A stretch of DNA of 64,000 bases from Alphaproteobacteria bacterium (GTDB taxonomy: Bacteria > Pseudomonadota > Alphaproteobacteria > UBA828): the NCBI GenBank assembly GCA_965220745.1, contig CBDCQT010000010.1:736001-800000 (forward strand). Reading direction: 5' to 3'. Each line of letters begins with the position of its first letter. Positions within the stretch are counted from its first letter, which is position 1. The notes beneath the pieces are model-generated. The model was given only the letters and a program-made list of their open reading frames with translations. It made no database searches and was not told the origin of the DNA. The translations under genes were made by a program, and so were the position numbers. This document shows positions 63,118 to 64,000 of this stretch, piece after piece.

Positions 63118-64000
63118 TCAGCCAGCCGGCACCGGCGCGTCGCTACGCAGTAGCTGTGCGTCCTTCAGATCGGTCCACAACGCAGACGGGATCGACCCTT
63201 CCAGCAGGGCCACGTTCTGGCGCACCTCCTGCGCCGCCATCGCGCCGGGAATGACGCTCTTGACCGCCGGGTGGGCCAGCACGAACTGTAGCGCCGCCGC
63301 CGGCAGCGTCACGCCGTGGCGTTCGCACACGCTCTCGATCCTGCGCACGCGCTCCATGATATGGGGCGGTGCCGGCTTGTAGTTGAAGCGGGCGCCCTCC
63401 ACCGCACCGGTCGCGAGGATGCCGGAATTGTAGGGTCCGCCCAGGATGATGCCGACATCGCGCTCGACGCACATGGGCAGAAACGAGCCAAGCGCTTCCT
63501 GCTCGATCAGCGTGTAGCGGCCGGCGAGGAGGAAGCAGTCGAAGTCGGCGTGGCCGAGCAGCGCCTCGCAGGCCTGCCACTCGTTGAGGCCTGCGCCGAA
63601 GGCCGCGATGCGGCCCGCAGCCTTGAGTTCCTCCAGCGCGCGGTATCCACCCTGATCGAAGAGCTCGCGCACTCTCTCATCCGCTGCGGCCTGGCTGCCG
63701 TGGGTCCACACGTCGACATCGTGAACGAGCAGAATGTCGATGGCGTCGACCCCGATCCGCTGCAGGCTGGCCTCGTGACTGCGCATCACGCCGTCGTAGC
63801 TGTAGTCGTACACCGGCTGCTTCTCGGGCGGGTCCACGAAGAGCCCCTTGGTCGTCTCGTCCACCGAGCCATCGATCAGCAGCCGGCCGATCTTGGTGGA
63901 GAGCACGATGCCCGCGCGGCCGTGGCGCGCGATAGCGATGCCGAAGCGCTCCTCGGAGCGCCCGAGGCCGTAGTAAGGCGCCGTGTCGAACAGCGTGATG
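63118..64000 (-). CDS. Aldo/keto reductase (5' end outside window)
   Basis: The frame stays open to the window edge: FDTAPYYGLGRSEER, LSTKIG, LLVHD, LAGRYTL, NSGILA. Confidence 0.9.
   Translation of the reverse strand, partial: ITLFDTAPYYGLGRSEERFGIAIARHGRAGIVLSTKIGRLLIDGSVDETTKGLFVDPPEKQPVYDYSYDGVMRSHEASLQRIGVDAIDILLVHDVDVWTHGSQAAADERVRELFDQGGYRALEELKAAGRIAAFGAGLNEWQACEALLGHADFDCFLLAGRYTLIEQEALGSFLPMCVERDVGIILGGPYNSGILATGAVEGARFNYKPAPPHIMERVRRIESVCERHGVTLPAAALQFVLAHPAVKSVIPGAMAAQEVRQNVALLEGSIPSALWTDLKDAQLLRSDAPVPAG

Overview
GC-rich bacterial chromosomal window, most likely from an alphaproteobacterium (sucCDAB-lpdA, mdh, sdhCDAB). A host-associated marine lifestyle such as a sponge symbiont is inferred, not proven, from a Calx-beta autotransporter, an FG-GAP/ASPIC remnant, AprMBA/Sat and many amide/hydantoin catabolism genes. 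The TCA genes are split into two facing blocks. Between them is a ~18 kb sulfur/nitrogen island: a hydantoinase-B/acetone-carboxylase-gamma fusion, an aminotransferase, a diheme peroxidase, aprMBA, an IS701-IS5-IS701 stack at the aprA stop codon, and sat. The island is bracketed by inverted copies of a 144-bp multi-hairpin element. The right half has a DddK/DddW-like cupin, a PIN toxin-antitoxin pair, a complete hydantoinase/carbamoylase/racemase operon, a TRAP-enolase unit, a B12 radical SAM gene between esterase remnants, and an amide ABC/amidase/formamidase operon. The most notable non-coding signals are three copies of a 16-bp palindrome in promoter-like position around the regulator-autotransporter pair (two lie in a 69-bp inverted repeat flanking the autotransporter), a MITE family with at least seven ends, and a perfect LacI-type palindrome upstream of aprM. 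No rRNA, tRNA or CRISPR array was seen. All alignments and identities were done by eye, and product calls come from motif recognition without database searches.
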